This document shows, in pieces, positions 9,754 to 20,700 of a stretch of DNA of 64,000 nucleotides. Source of the DNA: Aulosira sp. ZfuVER01 (GTDB lineage Bacteria; Cyanobacteriota; Cyanobacteriia; Cyanobacteriales; Nostocaceae); contig JAVRCV020000049.1 of the NCBI GenBank assembly GCA_034530615.2, forward strand, positions 160,001-224,000. The letters run 5' to 3'. The notes under the pieces are model-generated. The model did not search any database. It was not told the origin of the DNA and worked only from the letters and a program-made list of their open reading frames with translations. Positions within the stretch are counted from its first letter, which is position 1, and every line of letters starts with the position of its first letter. The position numbers and the translations under genes were made by a program.

Positions 9754-11001
9754 TTAGACGTACTTTTTAAAGGCTAGCGTGACATTGTGACCGCCAAACC
9801 CAAATGAATTAGATAGTGCCACGTTGACTTGTTGGGCGCGGCTGGTGTTAGGAATATAATCCAGGTCACAATCTGGATCGGGATTTTCTAAATTAATTGT
9901 TGGTGGAACTCGATCGTTGGCAACCGCCAGTACTGTGGCTACGGCTTCAATACCTCCAGAACCGCCCAAAAGATGACCTGTCATCGATTTGGTAGAGCTG
10001 ATAGCCACCTTATAGGCATGGTCGCCCAAAGCTTTTTTCATCGCAGCTGTTTCAGTGCCATCATTAGCTGGGGTGCTAGTGCCGTGAGCATTGATGTAGT
10101 TCACCATCTCTGGGGTGAGTCCCCCATCTTTCAGTGCTATTTCTATGGCTCTGGCTGCTCCTAACCCGCCAGGGACTGGGGAGGTCATATGATAAGCATC
10201 ACAGGTCATCCCATAACCGACCATTTCTGCATAAATGCGAGCGCCTCGACTCAGGGCGTGTTCGAGTTCTTCTAGCAGCAAAATTCCCGCCCCTTCACCC
10301 ATGACAAATCCATCGCGATCGCGGTCAAACGGACGGCAAGCATTAGCTGGGTCATTGCGAGTCGAAAGTGCCCTAGCTGCGGCAAATCCAGCTACACCCA
10401 AGGGTGTAATCGCCGCTTCACACCCGCCGCAAATCATGGCTTTGGCATACCCCCATTGAATCTGGCGAAAAGCGTCCCCGATGGCATTAGAACCAGCAGC
10501 ACAAGCAGTCACAGAGCAGGAATTAGGGCCTTTAGCTCCCGTATGAATCGCTGTTAATCCAGCTGCCATATTGGCAATCATCATGGGAATCATGAACGGA
10601 CTACAGCGGTCGGGGCCGCGGTTCAGGTAAACTGTTTGCTGGTCTTCTAAAACCTTTAGTCCACCAATACCAGAACCAATAATAACGCCCACTTGTTCTG
10701 CATTCAGTTCATCAATCGCTAAATGCGCGTCAGATACAGCTTGTTTTGCAGCCGCAACCCCAAATTGAGAAAACCGATCCATGCGCTTGGCGTCTTTGCG
10801 GTCTAAGTAATCGTGTGGATCGAAGTTTTTGACCTCACCAGCAATGCGGCAATCATGGCGCGATGCATCAAAGGCGGTGATGTAGTCAATGCCATTACGA
10901 CCACTCAACAATCCTTCCCAATACTCAGCTGGTGTGTTACCAATCGGTGTAATCGCGCCAACACCAGTTACCACAACGCGCTTACGTTTATAATCTGTCA
11001 T
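9754..11001 (-). CDS. fabF: Beta-ketoacyl-ACP synthase II
   Basis: TACAAG (catalytic Cys), NAHGTST, KSMTGHLLG, SNSFGFGGHN; downstream of acpP. Confidence 0.97.
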   Translation of the reverse strand: MTDYKRKRVVVTGVGAITPIGNTPAEYWEGLLSGRNGIDYITAFDASRHDCRIAGEVKNFDPHDYLDRKDAKRMDRFSQFGVAAAKQAVSDAHLAIDELNAEQVGVIIGSGIGGLKVLEDQQTVYLNRGPDRCSPFMIPMMIANMAAGLTAIHTGAKGPNSCSVTACAAGSNAIGDAFRQIQWGYAKAMICGGCEAAITPLGVAGFAAARALSTRNDPANACRPFDRDRDGFVMGEGAGILLLEELEHALSRGARIYAEMVGYGMTCDAYHMTSPVPGGLGAARAIEIALKDGGLTPEMVNYINAHGTSTPANDGTETAAMKKALGDHAYKVAISSTKSMTGHLLGGSGGIEAVATVLAVANDRVPPTINLENPDPDCDLDYIPNTSRAQQVNVALSNSFGFGGHNVTLAFKKYV

Positions 11002-11049
11002 GACTAAGTTAAAGGTGGCGAGAAAGCAGCAAAAAGGGAGTACTAAAGA

Positions 11050-11117
11050 TTAGGGACTGGGAACTTAGGGAATGGAGTTTTTCCTGCTCCCCAATTCCCA
11101 AGCCTCGATCCCCAATC
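11050..11117. repeat. STRR1-like heptamer repeats in inverted arrangement between acpP and fabF
   Basis: GGGACTGGG/GGGAATGG units followed by CCCCAAT units. Confidence 0.5.
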
Positions 11118-11122
11118 GCTTT

Positions 11123-11374
11123 TCAGGCAGATGCAGCAGCTTTGCTGTTGATATAGTCGACTGCCTCTTGAACCGATAAAATCTTTTCGGCGGCTTCATC
11201 GGGAATTTCAATATCAAATTCTTCTTCAAAAGCCATTACTAGTTCCACAATATCTAGGGAATCTGCCCCTAAATCATCAATAAACGTGGATTGTGGTCTG
11301 ATAGTATCAGCCTCAACACCTAGTTGTTCGGCGACGACTTTCTTAACTCTTTCAAAAACTTCGGCTTGGCTCAT
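11123..11374 (-). CDS. acpP: Acyl carrier protein
   Basis: [14 protein letters not shown] phosphopantetheine site; EIPDEAAE. Confidence 0.97.
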   Translation of the reverse strand: MSQAEVFERVKKVVAEQLGVEADTIRPQSTFIDDLGADSLDIVELVMAFEEEFDIEIPDEAAEKILSVQEAVDYINSKAAASA

Positions 11375-11674
11375 AGATAAAAGTCCTTAACCAGTTGCTA
11401 CGATCTGCTCTTTATAGGCGACATTGTTTTGAGCATATACATCTTATCGGAAAGCGCGATCGCCCGTATACGGCCGAAGAATTTTCCTTCTGCAAGGTTG
11501 GGCAATAGAAACCCTATGCAATCGCATACACTCTCAACATCTGTCTATTTTGCAATTCTTACTGATTTTTTTTACAATGTCCAAATCCGGATACATAGCC
11601 TTGCAAGCTACACTGGCAAGGTACGAACAAAAATTTATTGTTGAGAGCTGTTGCCCTCAACCAGATATACTTAT

Positions 11675-12580
11675 ATGCTATCTCAAACGCTGAAATACGC
11701 TTACTTTCCTGGGTGTGTTGCTCAAGGTGCTTGTCGAGAACTTTACCAATCTACTCAAGCCTTAACCCAAGCATTAGGAATTCAACTAATTGAACTCAAA
11801 AAAGCAGCTTGCTGCGGTTCGGGAACATTTAAAGAAGATTCCCAACTGTTAGAAGATACAGTTAATGCCCGGAATATTGCTTTAGCAGAAGAGTTAAATT
11901 TACCTCTACTTACCCATTGCAGCACTTGTCAAGGTGTTATCGGTCATGTCGATGAACGGCTCAAAGAATGTCGGACAAAAAAACCGGAATATCTTGAGCA
12001 AGTAAATGGTTTGCTTACAAAAGAAGGTTGTTCACCATATCGCGGTAGTACGGAAGTTAAACATCTTCTCTATGCCTTAGTCACAGATTACGGTTTGGAA
12101 GAAATTACTAAACGTGTCACCCGCAAGTTGACTGGATTAAAATGTGCGGCGTTTTATGGTTGTTATCTCCTCCGCGCTCAACAATCCATGCCCTATGATG
12201 ACCCCTTCCGTCCAGAAGCGATGGAAAATGTTTTTCGTGCAGTGGGTGCAGAACCAATTTATTATCGAGGTCGCACCCAATGTTGCGGTTGGCCACTAGC
12301 CAGCTACGCCACTACCCAATCTTTTAAGATGGCGGGGATGCATATTCAAGATGCTTTAGCTGCTGGTGCTGATTGTTTAGTTACTCCTTGTCCTTTGTGT
12401 CACCTCAATTTAGATTCTCGTCAGCCAGAAGTAGAAAAGGTAATTGAGAAAAAGCTAGGTTTACCAGTGTTACATTTACCCCAGTTAATTGCTTTGGCAT
12501 TAGGAGTTAGTCCTAAAGAATTGGGTTTGGAACGTCACATTGTTTCAACAAAGCCAGTGTTAGAAAAATTAGGGTTTTAA
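11675..12580 (+). CDS. HdrB-like CCG-domain Fe-S protein (the type associated with cyanobacterial succinate dehydrogenase)
   Basis: Two CCG domains: YFPGC...CCG...CSTC and FYGC...CCG...CPLC; ATG at 11675. Confidence 0.88.
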   Translation: MLSQTLKYAYFPGCVAQGACRELYQSTQALTQALGIQLIELKKAACCGSGTFKEDSQLLEDTVNARNIALAEELNLPLLTHCSTCQGVIGHVDERLKECRTKKPEYLEQVNGLLTKEGCSPYRGSTEVKHLLYALVTDYGLEEITKRVTRKLTGLKCAAFYGCYLLRAQQSMPYDDPFRPEAMENVFRAVGAEPIYYRGRTQCCGWPLASYATTQSFKMAGMHIQDALAAGADCLVTPCPLCHLNLDSRQPEVEKVIEKKLGLPVLHLPQLIALALGVSPKELGLERHIVSTKPVLEKLGF

Positions 12581-12624
12581 TTAAAAATCCTAATCGTCTA
12601 TGCGATCAATTTTGATCTACTGCA

Positions 12625-12657
12625 AGAACCCCGACTTCTTTAAGAAGTCGGGGTTCT
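12625..12657. terminator. Perfect palindrome with 16-bp arms between convergent genes (repeat-derived, probable bidirectional terminator)
   Basis: AGAACCCCGACTTCTT-T-AAGAAGTCGGGGTTCT. Confidence 0.7.
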
Positions 12658-12676
12658 GACCCCAGGTAATTCTTAA

Positions 12677-13180
12677 TTACGAATTAGTATCAGACCAGAC
12701 ATCAACTGTTTCTTTCGACTCTGAACCAGCAATCTCTCCTTTGCTCTCTCCCAAATTAATTTTGACTACTTTTTGTTTGACTTCTTCTACTTTAGGTAGT
12801 GTTAAAGTCAAAATACCATTCTTCAAATCGGCTTGTACTTGGTCGTTTTTAATTGGTACAGGTAAAGAAACTATCCGTTGAAACTTACCATAGCGGAACT
12901 CAGAACGGAAATAACCTTTCTGTTGTGTTTTCCTTTCTTGCCGAGTTTCACCAGCAATAGAAACTGCTTCTCTGGTTACATGAATATCTAAATCTTTGCC
13001 TTCAATACCTGGAATTTCGGCTCGCAAAATCAGGCTTTCGTTAGTATCTTGCAATTCAATCGCCGGAGTCCAAGTTTGTGCGATCTGAGCGTTAACGCTT
13101 CCTAATTCATCAAACATTTTATCCATTTGACGGCGGAGAGTTTCCATTTCTGAAAAGGGTTGCCAACGAACTAATACCAT
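12677..13180 (-). CDS. hspA: Small heat shock protein (Hsp20/alpha-crystallin)
   Basis: LVRWQPFSEMETLRRQM, WTPAIEL, SEFRYGKFQR, ADLKNGILTLTLPK. Confidence 0.93.
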   Translation of the reverse strand: MVLVRWQPFSEMETLRRQMDKMFDELGSVNAQIAQTWTPAIELQDTNESLILRAEIPGIEGKDLDIHVTREAVSIAGETRQERKTQQKGYFRSEFRYGKFQRIVSLPVPIKNDQVQADLKNGILTLTLPKVEEVKQKVVKINLGESKGEIAGSESKETVDVWSDTNS

Positions 13181-13385
13181 AAGTTGATTAACCTCCAGAG
13201 AATCAATACTATTAACTAAATTTGGGAACCAGGTAATTGGTAATTTAGAAAGTTTTTGTTTGGCGTTTTGTTATCGCCTATGTATATATATTGGATTAAA
13301 CTCAAAATTTAGTTATTGGGGGAAACCCTACTTAAGGTAGTAGTGCTTCCCAGAAAAGAGCGATCGCTTAACCGCGAACTGGAAA

Positions 13386-14423
13386 TTATTCTTGGCGTTG
13401 TAACTGCTTCAGCAATTTATACATTTCTGGTAGGCGATTATAAATCGCACATACCTTGAGATATATTTTGTGAGGAATGGCGGGAGTACCAGAGACAATT
13501 TCTCCTGGTGCAACATCATTGTGAACTCCGGCTTGTGCAGATGCGATCGCACCGTCACCAATTTTGACTTGATTGGCAATTCCTGTTTGTCCAGCCAAGA
13601 TCACGCGATTACCAACTTGCACGCCTCCGGCCATCCCCGCTTGGCCGGCTATTGCACAGCCTGCACCAATTTTGCAACCATGACCGATTTGGACTAAGTT
13701 GTCGATTATTGTATCTCGACCTACCCGTGTTTCTCCTACAGCGGGGCGGTCAATGGCACTGTTGCAGCCAACTTCTACCCGATCTTCTAAGACAGTGTAA
13801 CCAGATTGTTCCATTTTCACCCAACCAGTACGGGTAGGAACATAGCCAAAGCCTTCTGCACCAATGACAGCGCCGCTATGAATCATGCAATCTGCACCAA
13901 TTTGAGTGCGTTCGTGAATGGTACAGTTAGCGTGTAAGGTAGTGCGATCGCCAATCGTCACGTCTGGATAAATCACTACATTAGGATGAATAATCGCACC
14001 ATTGCCAATTTTCACCCGTGGCTGAATCACTACGTGGGGGCCAATATAAACGTCGCTGCCAATTTCTGCACTGGGGTGAATTACAGCCGTGGGATGAATT
14101 TCCGCACTGGGACGGTATGGTTGGTAGAAAAGTGCGATCGCTTTAGCAAACAACAATCGTGGTTCTGGTGTGGCTATCCAGACAATACTGCGTTCTTGTG
14201 CTTGCAATTGTAATGTTTTGTCCTGAGGCAAAATTAATGCACTAGCATTTGTCTTACCCACCCAAGAAAAAAATTTTGGCCCTTCTACATAGCTGAGAGT
14301 ACCGCTAGTAGCTTCATCAATGGCTGCTAACGCTGTAATCTCTGGGTCATGGTTTTGGTTGGCGGTCAGACTATGGCTAGTAACGATGTCACCAAGCCGA
14401 CTAACAATTTCGCTGAATTTCAT
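13386..14423 (-). CDS. lpxD: UDP-3-O-(3-hydroxyacyl)glucosamine N-acyltransferase
   Basis: N-terminal uridine-binding domain, hexapeptide repeats, GAEGFGY, IDNLVQIGH. Confidence 0.96.
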   Translation of the reverse strand: MKFSEIVSRLGDIVTSHSLTANQNHDPEITALAAIDEATSGTLSYVEGPKFFSWVGKTNASALILPQDKTLQLQAQERSIVWIATPEPRLLFAKAIALFYQPYRPSAEIHPTAVIHPSAEIGSDVYIGPHVVIQPRVKIGNGAIIHPNVVIYPDVTIGDRTTLHANCTIHERTQIGADCMIHSGAVIGAEGFGYVPTRTGWVKMEQSGYTVLEDRVEVGCNSAIDRPAVGETRVGRDTIIDNLVQIGHGCKIGAGCAIAGQAGMAGGVQVGNRVILAGQTGIANQVKIGDGAIASAQAGVHNDVAPGEIVSGTPAIPHKIYLKVCAIYNRLPEMYKLLKQLQRQE

Positions 14424-14758
14424 TGGTATTTATTCATCAGTCATCTATAAAGGCAAGATAATTGTCGCTCTTTGTCGCCAAGATGTTCATGATTTATACC
14501 TGCGAATTTCATATTGCACCATAACGCGCAGCCTTCCCTGCTGACTCATAGGTGTTCTTTTGCGTAAGTCCTCTGTGCCCTTAACCGAGGTTATGCAGAA
14601 CTTGTGGCTGGTTTTTTATAAAGGGTTGTGAGCCACAAATATAACTTACTCTTGAAGTTCAAATGTAGTCATTGCCCACCATATCTACCTGTATTTCAAA
14701 GATTTAAAGATGAATTCTCTAGTAAACATGGTGGTTTCAATGAAGAAAAATTGCTGTA

Positions 14759-16519
14759 TTATCCCTCAAACAAGCGATCGCCTTTTTGTAATCGTTCAGC
14801 AATTTGATAGGTTTGTCCTTGCGATCGCATTGTGGGTGAGTGTGCTGCTAAATACCGCGCTGCCGCTACCAGTACGTGAATACCAGCATCCGTATGACCC
14901 AACAAGGAGTATTGCCGAAAGGCTGCTTCTATTTCTTGAATCACATGAAAATTGCGGTTTTCTCGCAACATTAATTTACCTAACATTGCCATTAGTCGCT
15001 CAACAGCACCACCACTGTACAAATAACGAGCCACTAACTTGCCTGTCTCATTCACTTGTTGCTGGCGATCCAATAAATCTGGTAGTTGCTTGAGCAATTC
15101 TGCGGGATTTTGTACGAGGTCTTTGGGTTCTGGAAGTCGCGCTGGTGGCACATTTAAGAATCGATTTAAATACACGCTCATAGCAGCATCAAACACACCC
15201 CGCAGCAGTTCTACTGAAGGCACTCGTCGCAATCCTTGATGCACTGCATTGGCGAAGGTAAAGGGATGATGTGCGGAATCCCAGTCGCTAAAGTCGTTAT
15301 TGGTATGGAAACGAGCTACGCGCAAAGCAGCAGCATAAGTAACTACACTAGCTAATTGCTCCTCAGTACAACCAGATTGCAGGGCATTGAGAAGAGAATT
15401 TGCGATCGCTTGTGGATCTTCACCTAATAAAATTGGTACTAATTCATCTTGACCTGACCAAGTTCCCCTTTGCGGTTCTCCTGTAGCTAAAGCCGTAGGT
15501 AACTGCTCAAAAGCAGAGCTTAAAATTGCCACCAAATCTACAGGATAGCGCCAAGAATTTGATTCTTCCATGCGAGATGCACTTGCTAAACCAGAAACTA
15601 AACTGGCTAAAATTGACTCTGCACCTTGCCAGTCAACAACATCCAGTGCTTCCAGTGCTTTGTTGATAAAGTCGAGTGTATGACCAATATCGATGTAGCG
15701 GTGGTCTGTAGCTGCTGTGAACAGCATATCTGCAATTTGCTCGGAAGTAGCACCCATGCGAATTGCACTCACCAAACACCTTTGTGCTGCTTCACTATCC
15801 CGCACTTCAATAAACTGGCAAAACCAGCTTTTCAGGGTCTTGAGGTCTACATTGGAATTTGGCAATGGGTGTACTACAAACTGCGGTGGCGCACCCGCAC
15901 TGTCATTAGCTACCGCGGAAAGTCCCTGAAAAAGAGCGCGGGGTTTGTCTTCTGCATCAAGATAAGGCAGTAGATTCATCATGCAGGTGTGGATGGTTAA
16001 GCCTGTACTCCATCCCGCTTTGTTATAACGAACGCCAAATTCCAATCCCATCTGGAATGGTTCAGTCGCATCCGTTCCCATGTCTAATAGGGCGATGGTT
16101 GATTTAGCAATAACTAAGGAAATGCTCTGTTCTAAACCATCTTGAAGACGCTGGCGTTGGTGAGTATAGGGGTTAGCTGGGGGAGCAAGATTGATCCACA
16201 CTTCCCCATCGCGGATTTCTACAGGAAAAGCGGGGACATCATCAGCCCAGGAATCGAAGGTTCCGCCACTAGCAAGGTCAAAGCGGGCATAATGCCAAGG
16301 ACAGGTAACAATCCCATCCTTGCAAGTACTTCCATGTAAAGGAAAACCCATGTGAGGGCAACGGTTATCAATTGCATAAACTTGATTATCAGAATAAAAC
16401 AGCACTATGGTGTGATTTGCGCTGCGAACCACTAAGCTACCTGCTTTTTGCACATCTGCAAGTTTAGCAACCCGAACATATTGATCTGTATGGGTTGGAG
16501 CGTCAAATATTTGAGTCAT
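14759..16519 (-). CDS. Rieske [2Fe-2S] domain fused to a long alpha-helical domain of unknown function
   Basis: CPHMGFPL...CPWH Rieske ligands within the first ~110 aa; ~470 aa helical remainder. Confidence 0.85.
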   Translation of the reverse strand: MTQIFDAPTHTDQYVRVAKLADVQKAGSLVVRSANHTIVLFYSDNQVYAIDNRCPHMGFPLHGSTCKDGIVTCPWHYARFDLASGGTFDSWADDVPAFPVEIRDGEVWINLAPPANPYTHQRQRLQDGLEQSISLVIAKSTIALLDMGTDATEPFQMGLEFGVRYNKAGWSTGLTIHTCMMNLLPYLDAEDKPRALFQGLSAVANDSAGAPPQFVVHPLPNSNVDLKTLKSWFCQFIEVRDSEAAQRCLVSAIRMGATSEQIADMLFTAATDHRYIDIGHTLDFINKALEALDVVDWQGAESILASLVSGLASASRMEESNSWRYPVDLVAILSSAFEQLPTALATGEPQRGTWSGQDELVPILLGEDPQAIANSLLNALQSGCTEEQLASVVTYAAALRVARFHTNNDFSDWDSAHHPFTFANAVHQGLRRVPSVELLRGVFDAAMSVYLNRFLNVPPARLPEPKDLVQNPAELLKQLPDLLDRQQQVNETGKLVARYLYSGGAVERLMAMLGKLMLRENRNFHVIQEIEAAFRQYSLLGHTDAGIHVLVAAARYLAAHSPTMRSQGQTYQIAERLQKGDRLFEG

Positions 16520-16754
16520 TTAAGTTGTCAGAAAAACTCCTATCTCCACTCTGACGAACTTTCAACTGTTTGAGCAGCTATCTACCCTAATTTTTGTTAA
16601 CGCAAAAGTAGCGATCGCCATCTTTGCCAGACTTCATTCAAAGTATCGTGCCTTTTCGCAGATTTTGAAAAATAGCTGAATTAGTGTAGCGGGCGATCGC
16701 TCTGCCAGATACCTCAAGAAATTATTTGAATACCCAACACTAAGTCCTCTTCTA

Positions 16755-17291
16755 CTATTTAGCGGTGATTAGCTGTCCTGTAAAGAAGGTTGTTCCTCCA
16801 TCTTGTCCATTACCGGATAGTGGATTACTTTTTAGATCAAACAGATGAAGCGAGATTGTTCCTTGTACAGTTTGAGTTGTGGGATTAAACGTAGCGTGAT
16901 AATCAACTCTAGCGATGCCTGTACCGCCTTGATTTGAGAGAGAAAAATCGATAGCTCTAGCAGTAATCTCCTTATTTCCAGTACACACCCAAGTTCCCTG
17001 AAGAGTGGTAAAAGGATTAAATACCCCTGACAAACCACCTTGGTTTGAGTCCCCGGCAATAAAGTTGCCTTCCTTGGTAAGAGTGATCAGCCCACGTGAA
17101 GCAAATTTTCCATTGCTGTCTTTGATTGTCGTCAGATATGTACCAGTAACAACCTTACTGCAAACTGCACGTTCAGAATTGATATCAAATACAGATTCAG
17201 CCTTTACCTTGCGGATGCTCCAGATATCAGAAATGCTCATTGCGGAAAGCACGCCCATTGTCAATCCTAGGAAAGTTTTATGAATTTTCAT
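16755..17291 (-). CDS. Hypothetical exported beta-rich protein
   Basis: Signal-peptide-like N-terminus from ATG 17291 ending VKA; Gly/Thr-rich predicted strands; two Cys. Confidence 0.7.
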   Translation of the reverse strand: MKIHKTFLGLTMGVLSAMSISDIWSIRKVKAESVFDINSERAVCSKVVTGTYLTTIKDSNGKFASRGLITLTKEGNFIAGDSNQGGLSGVFNPFTTLQGTWVCTGNKEITARAIDFSLSNQGGTGIARVDYHATFNPTTQTVQGTISLHLFDLKSNPLSGNGQDGGTTFFTGQLITAK

Positions 17292-17577
17292 GGTACAAAC
17301 TACAGCAGAGAATTTACGCAACTATACTTAGAAATATACTTGGAAGTAAGAAACACCCTTGATAAATTTTGGTTAACCTTTAGTTAAAGAAGGCTTTGCC
17401 CGAATAGCACACTTGTTGGGGTAGTGTTACAAACAGTACGCCTTATGTGAATTAAAAACGCCCAAGCTATAGCAAGGGTTTTAAGCTGCGGTTTAGCCAA
17501 GATTTTCAGCCATGTTGACGTATTTATGTCTTTCCAGACTATAACTCACATAAGCCGTACAATAGAACGTAATACCA

Positions 17578-17700
17578 GGGCAAACGCATCTTATTTACTA
17601 ATAAGATGCGTTTGCCCCGATCGACATCCTGATTTGAAGTGCCGGGCTAATAGCCAAAATTCACTTACGCTATTAGCCTTGGAATTAATTCCAAGGTGGG
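17578..17700. repeat. Palindrome plus internally deleted cyanobacterial repeat between pixL and the next gene
   Basis: GGGCAAACGCATCTTATT...AATAAGATGCGTTTGCCC hairpin; then GGCTAATAGC...GCTATTAGCC and CCTTGGAATTAATTCCAAGG palindromes. Confidence 0.6.
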
Positions 17701-17727
17701 ATAACTCAAATTGAATTAGTATTAACC

Positions 17728-20700
17728 TTATTGACTAATAACTAAATTATGAGATTGTTCGCTTTGCTTATTAATTAACTCTGCGACTATCGAAATTAAC
17801 TTATCTTCTAAATATGGCTTATTTAAGTAAGCTGTTGCACCTAAAGATTCAGCAAGTTGGCGATGTTTTTCTGCACTGCGAGAAGTGAGAATTACTATAG
17901 GAATTTCGGCAAAGCTTGGGTTATGACGCACATGAGATAAAAGTTCAAACCCATTCATGCGTGGCATTTCTAAATCGGAAATCACTACCTGAATTTCAGG
18001 ATGCATCTGCAATTGCTCTAAAGCTTCTACACCATTTTGGGCTTGTAATACTTGATAGCCAGATTTTTGGAGAGTTAGAGAAAGAGTTTGGCGTAGACTA
18101 ATTGCATCATCTACTATTAACAGCACCTTTGATGAGTTGAGCTTAGTGTCTGTGCTAGGAGAAGGAGCTAGTAAAGGTGTAGAGTTAGAAGTTAAACCCG
18201 ACAGAGTTAAGGCTTTTTTATTTGTTAAATAAGCTGTTGATGATACAGTACTCTCCAGTGTTGCTTGCATTTCGTAAGACTCTAGCAACAAAGTAGGATC
18301 GATAACTAATATGAGATTACCACTAGCTAAACTACTGCAACCATAAATATATCTTGGTGGAGCGATCGCACTTCCTAAAGGTCGAATTACTAGTTCTTGT
18401 TCGCCAATAATTTGGTCAACTTCTAAACCAAAGATTTCTTGATTATGCCGTAGCAATAGCACAGGATGCTGGGTAATTCCTATATCATGGAGAGTTGATA
18501 TATTATTTAAAGCAATACTATTGCAAAATGAACTACTATAATACATTAACTCAGAAATTGGACGGAGACTGACAATACGTTCATCTTCCCCAGAGTTATA
18601 ATATAATAATTTTTTACCTTCAAATTCTTTAATTTGCTGCTCTGAAGGAATCAAGATTTTTTCGACATTATCCAAGAGTAAAGCATAAACAACACCACCT
18701 GCTTGCACTAGCATTAATTTGTCGGTAGTCATAGAAAAAGGAATTTTTAGGATGAATTTTGTGCCTTGGTTAGGCAATGATTTAACTGAAAAAGAGCCGT
18801 TTAGAGATTGTATTTGAGAACGCACAATATCTAAACCCATACCACGTCCAGAAATTTCGCTTACCTGCTCGACTGTTGTGAATCCAGGTGAAAACATCAG
18901 CTCTAAAAGCTCTGATTCAGTGGCGCGAGAAACATAGTCTTCTTCTGGTGGTATAAGATTTAGCTCAATAGCTCTTTTACGAATTTTTTCTAAATTCAAA
19001 CCTTGTCCATCATCTCGAACTTCAATAATCGTTTGGCTACCCTGGTTATAAGCACGAATTTCAATTAAAGCTTGTGCTGATTTACCCAAAGATTGGCGAA
19101 CTTGAGGTGTTTCAATACCATGATCGAAAGCATTACGTACCAAATGTAACAGAGGCTCGTAAAGTTTTTCTGCGATCGCTTTATCTACTAGTACTTCTGT
19201 ACCTGTAAGTTTCAATTCTACAAGTTTGTTATAAACATTTCCCATCTTTTTTACCATCTGCGGGAAACGATTGAGGATGTTACCTAAAGGTGACATCCTT
19301 GCTTCTACTAAATTATCAATAATATTCAGTGTTAATCGCTGTTTTTTGTCACCAAGTTGAGTAGCTTGGTTCAGCAGTAAATCTAAAGATTCTGTAATTT
19401 CTTGAAGTTGCAGATTTTCTTCCATTGCCTCGTGCAACTTCATCTGAAATTCTGTATACATATCCATTTCTAAAGCATCAAATTTCACAGTTGCAAAATT
19501 TCGATTATGTTGTAAGCCAGCATTTTGCATCTGGAAGGGTAAATCACCCAATTGATTTAAAATTATTTGTTGTTTGGCGATCCGCTGGAATAATTGCTCA
19601 ATTATTTCTTGAAGTTGTTCATCCTGTAATATCCGCTGTTTTTGCTTAATTAGTAGTTCGCCTGCTAAGTAATTAAGGCGTTGTAAGCCTTCAGTATCTA
19701 CTCGGACAAATGAATGGTGTCGAGAGCTTTTTTGAGAGGAATTTGGTAATTTACCTTTAATTTCCCTTTCGTTGTGAATAGCAGAATTAGCAATATCTGT
19801 ATCTACTATCTGTGTAACAGATTCCTCAAGTTGAGTCTCCGCAATTTCATGGATATGGTTAAAATTAGCTTCTCCTCCCCAAATAGTTTCTAAGAGATGC
19901 TCGGTTTCTGGAAGAGCTTTTTCTTGAAAAACTAACAGGGTTTTAAATTTAGGATTATCAATCCAATTTTTTTCTTGGGCTGTAACAGGGGGAAATTTTT
20001 TATATTCTTTAGCTAATTTACCAATTTGCTGTTGTAATGTTTGGATTACAGAAATATCATTATTTACTTGTTCATTGGTGTAATAAAATTTCACAACAGC
20101 CAGGATGATTGTTAGTATCACACCTTGGCGATAAAGGTAAAGGCTTTGGCTATCTTCTGCTTCTTGTACAAATTCTAAAAATTTACTTAACCAATTTTCA
20201 ATATAACCAATAGAATCTTCTTGCCCAGAAGCAATAAGTAGAGCCAAATTAAGTTTTTCTTTGCTAATTTCCATCTGGTGATTGAACCATCCGAAAATGT
20301 AGCGAATAACTTTAATATAAAACTTAGCTTTTGCTGGCTTGAGAGGTTGGTTTTTAGTGTTGCCAGATGTAGTTAAAAATTTATATAGTTCCTTGATTTC
20401 ATTTCTTAAAGAAGTAGTACTAACATATTGTTTTGTAACTGGAGAAAAATCATCTGTTATTACTTGTGTGAAATTTTGCAAAGCAGGATCGATTTCGCCA
20501 CCAAAAGTGCGATCGCCTGCTAATACAGATGCTTGCGCCTGCTGTAAATTTGCCAGAGCAACCTTCCCAATTTGATGTGCCTGCTTGGGGTTAGCTTGGA
20601 GTGCGGCGATAATTGTTTGAGCGATCGCACCAAATCCTGGTAAATTTAAAGATTCTGCCAACCCAATAAATACTTCAGCTTGAGAGTTGAGCAACTGCGC

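Noticed and set aside
14489..14572. TGCGTAAGTCCT (14561-14572), resembling a cyanobacterial IS/MITE terminal repeat
   Set aside because: The matching left end is too degenerate to define an element.
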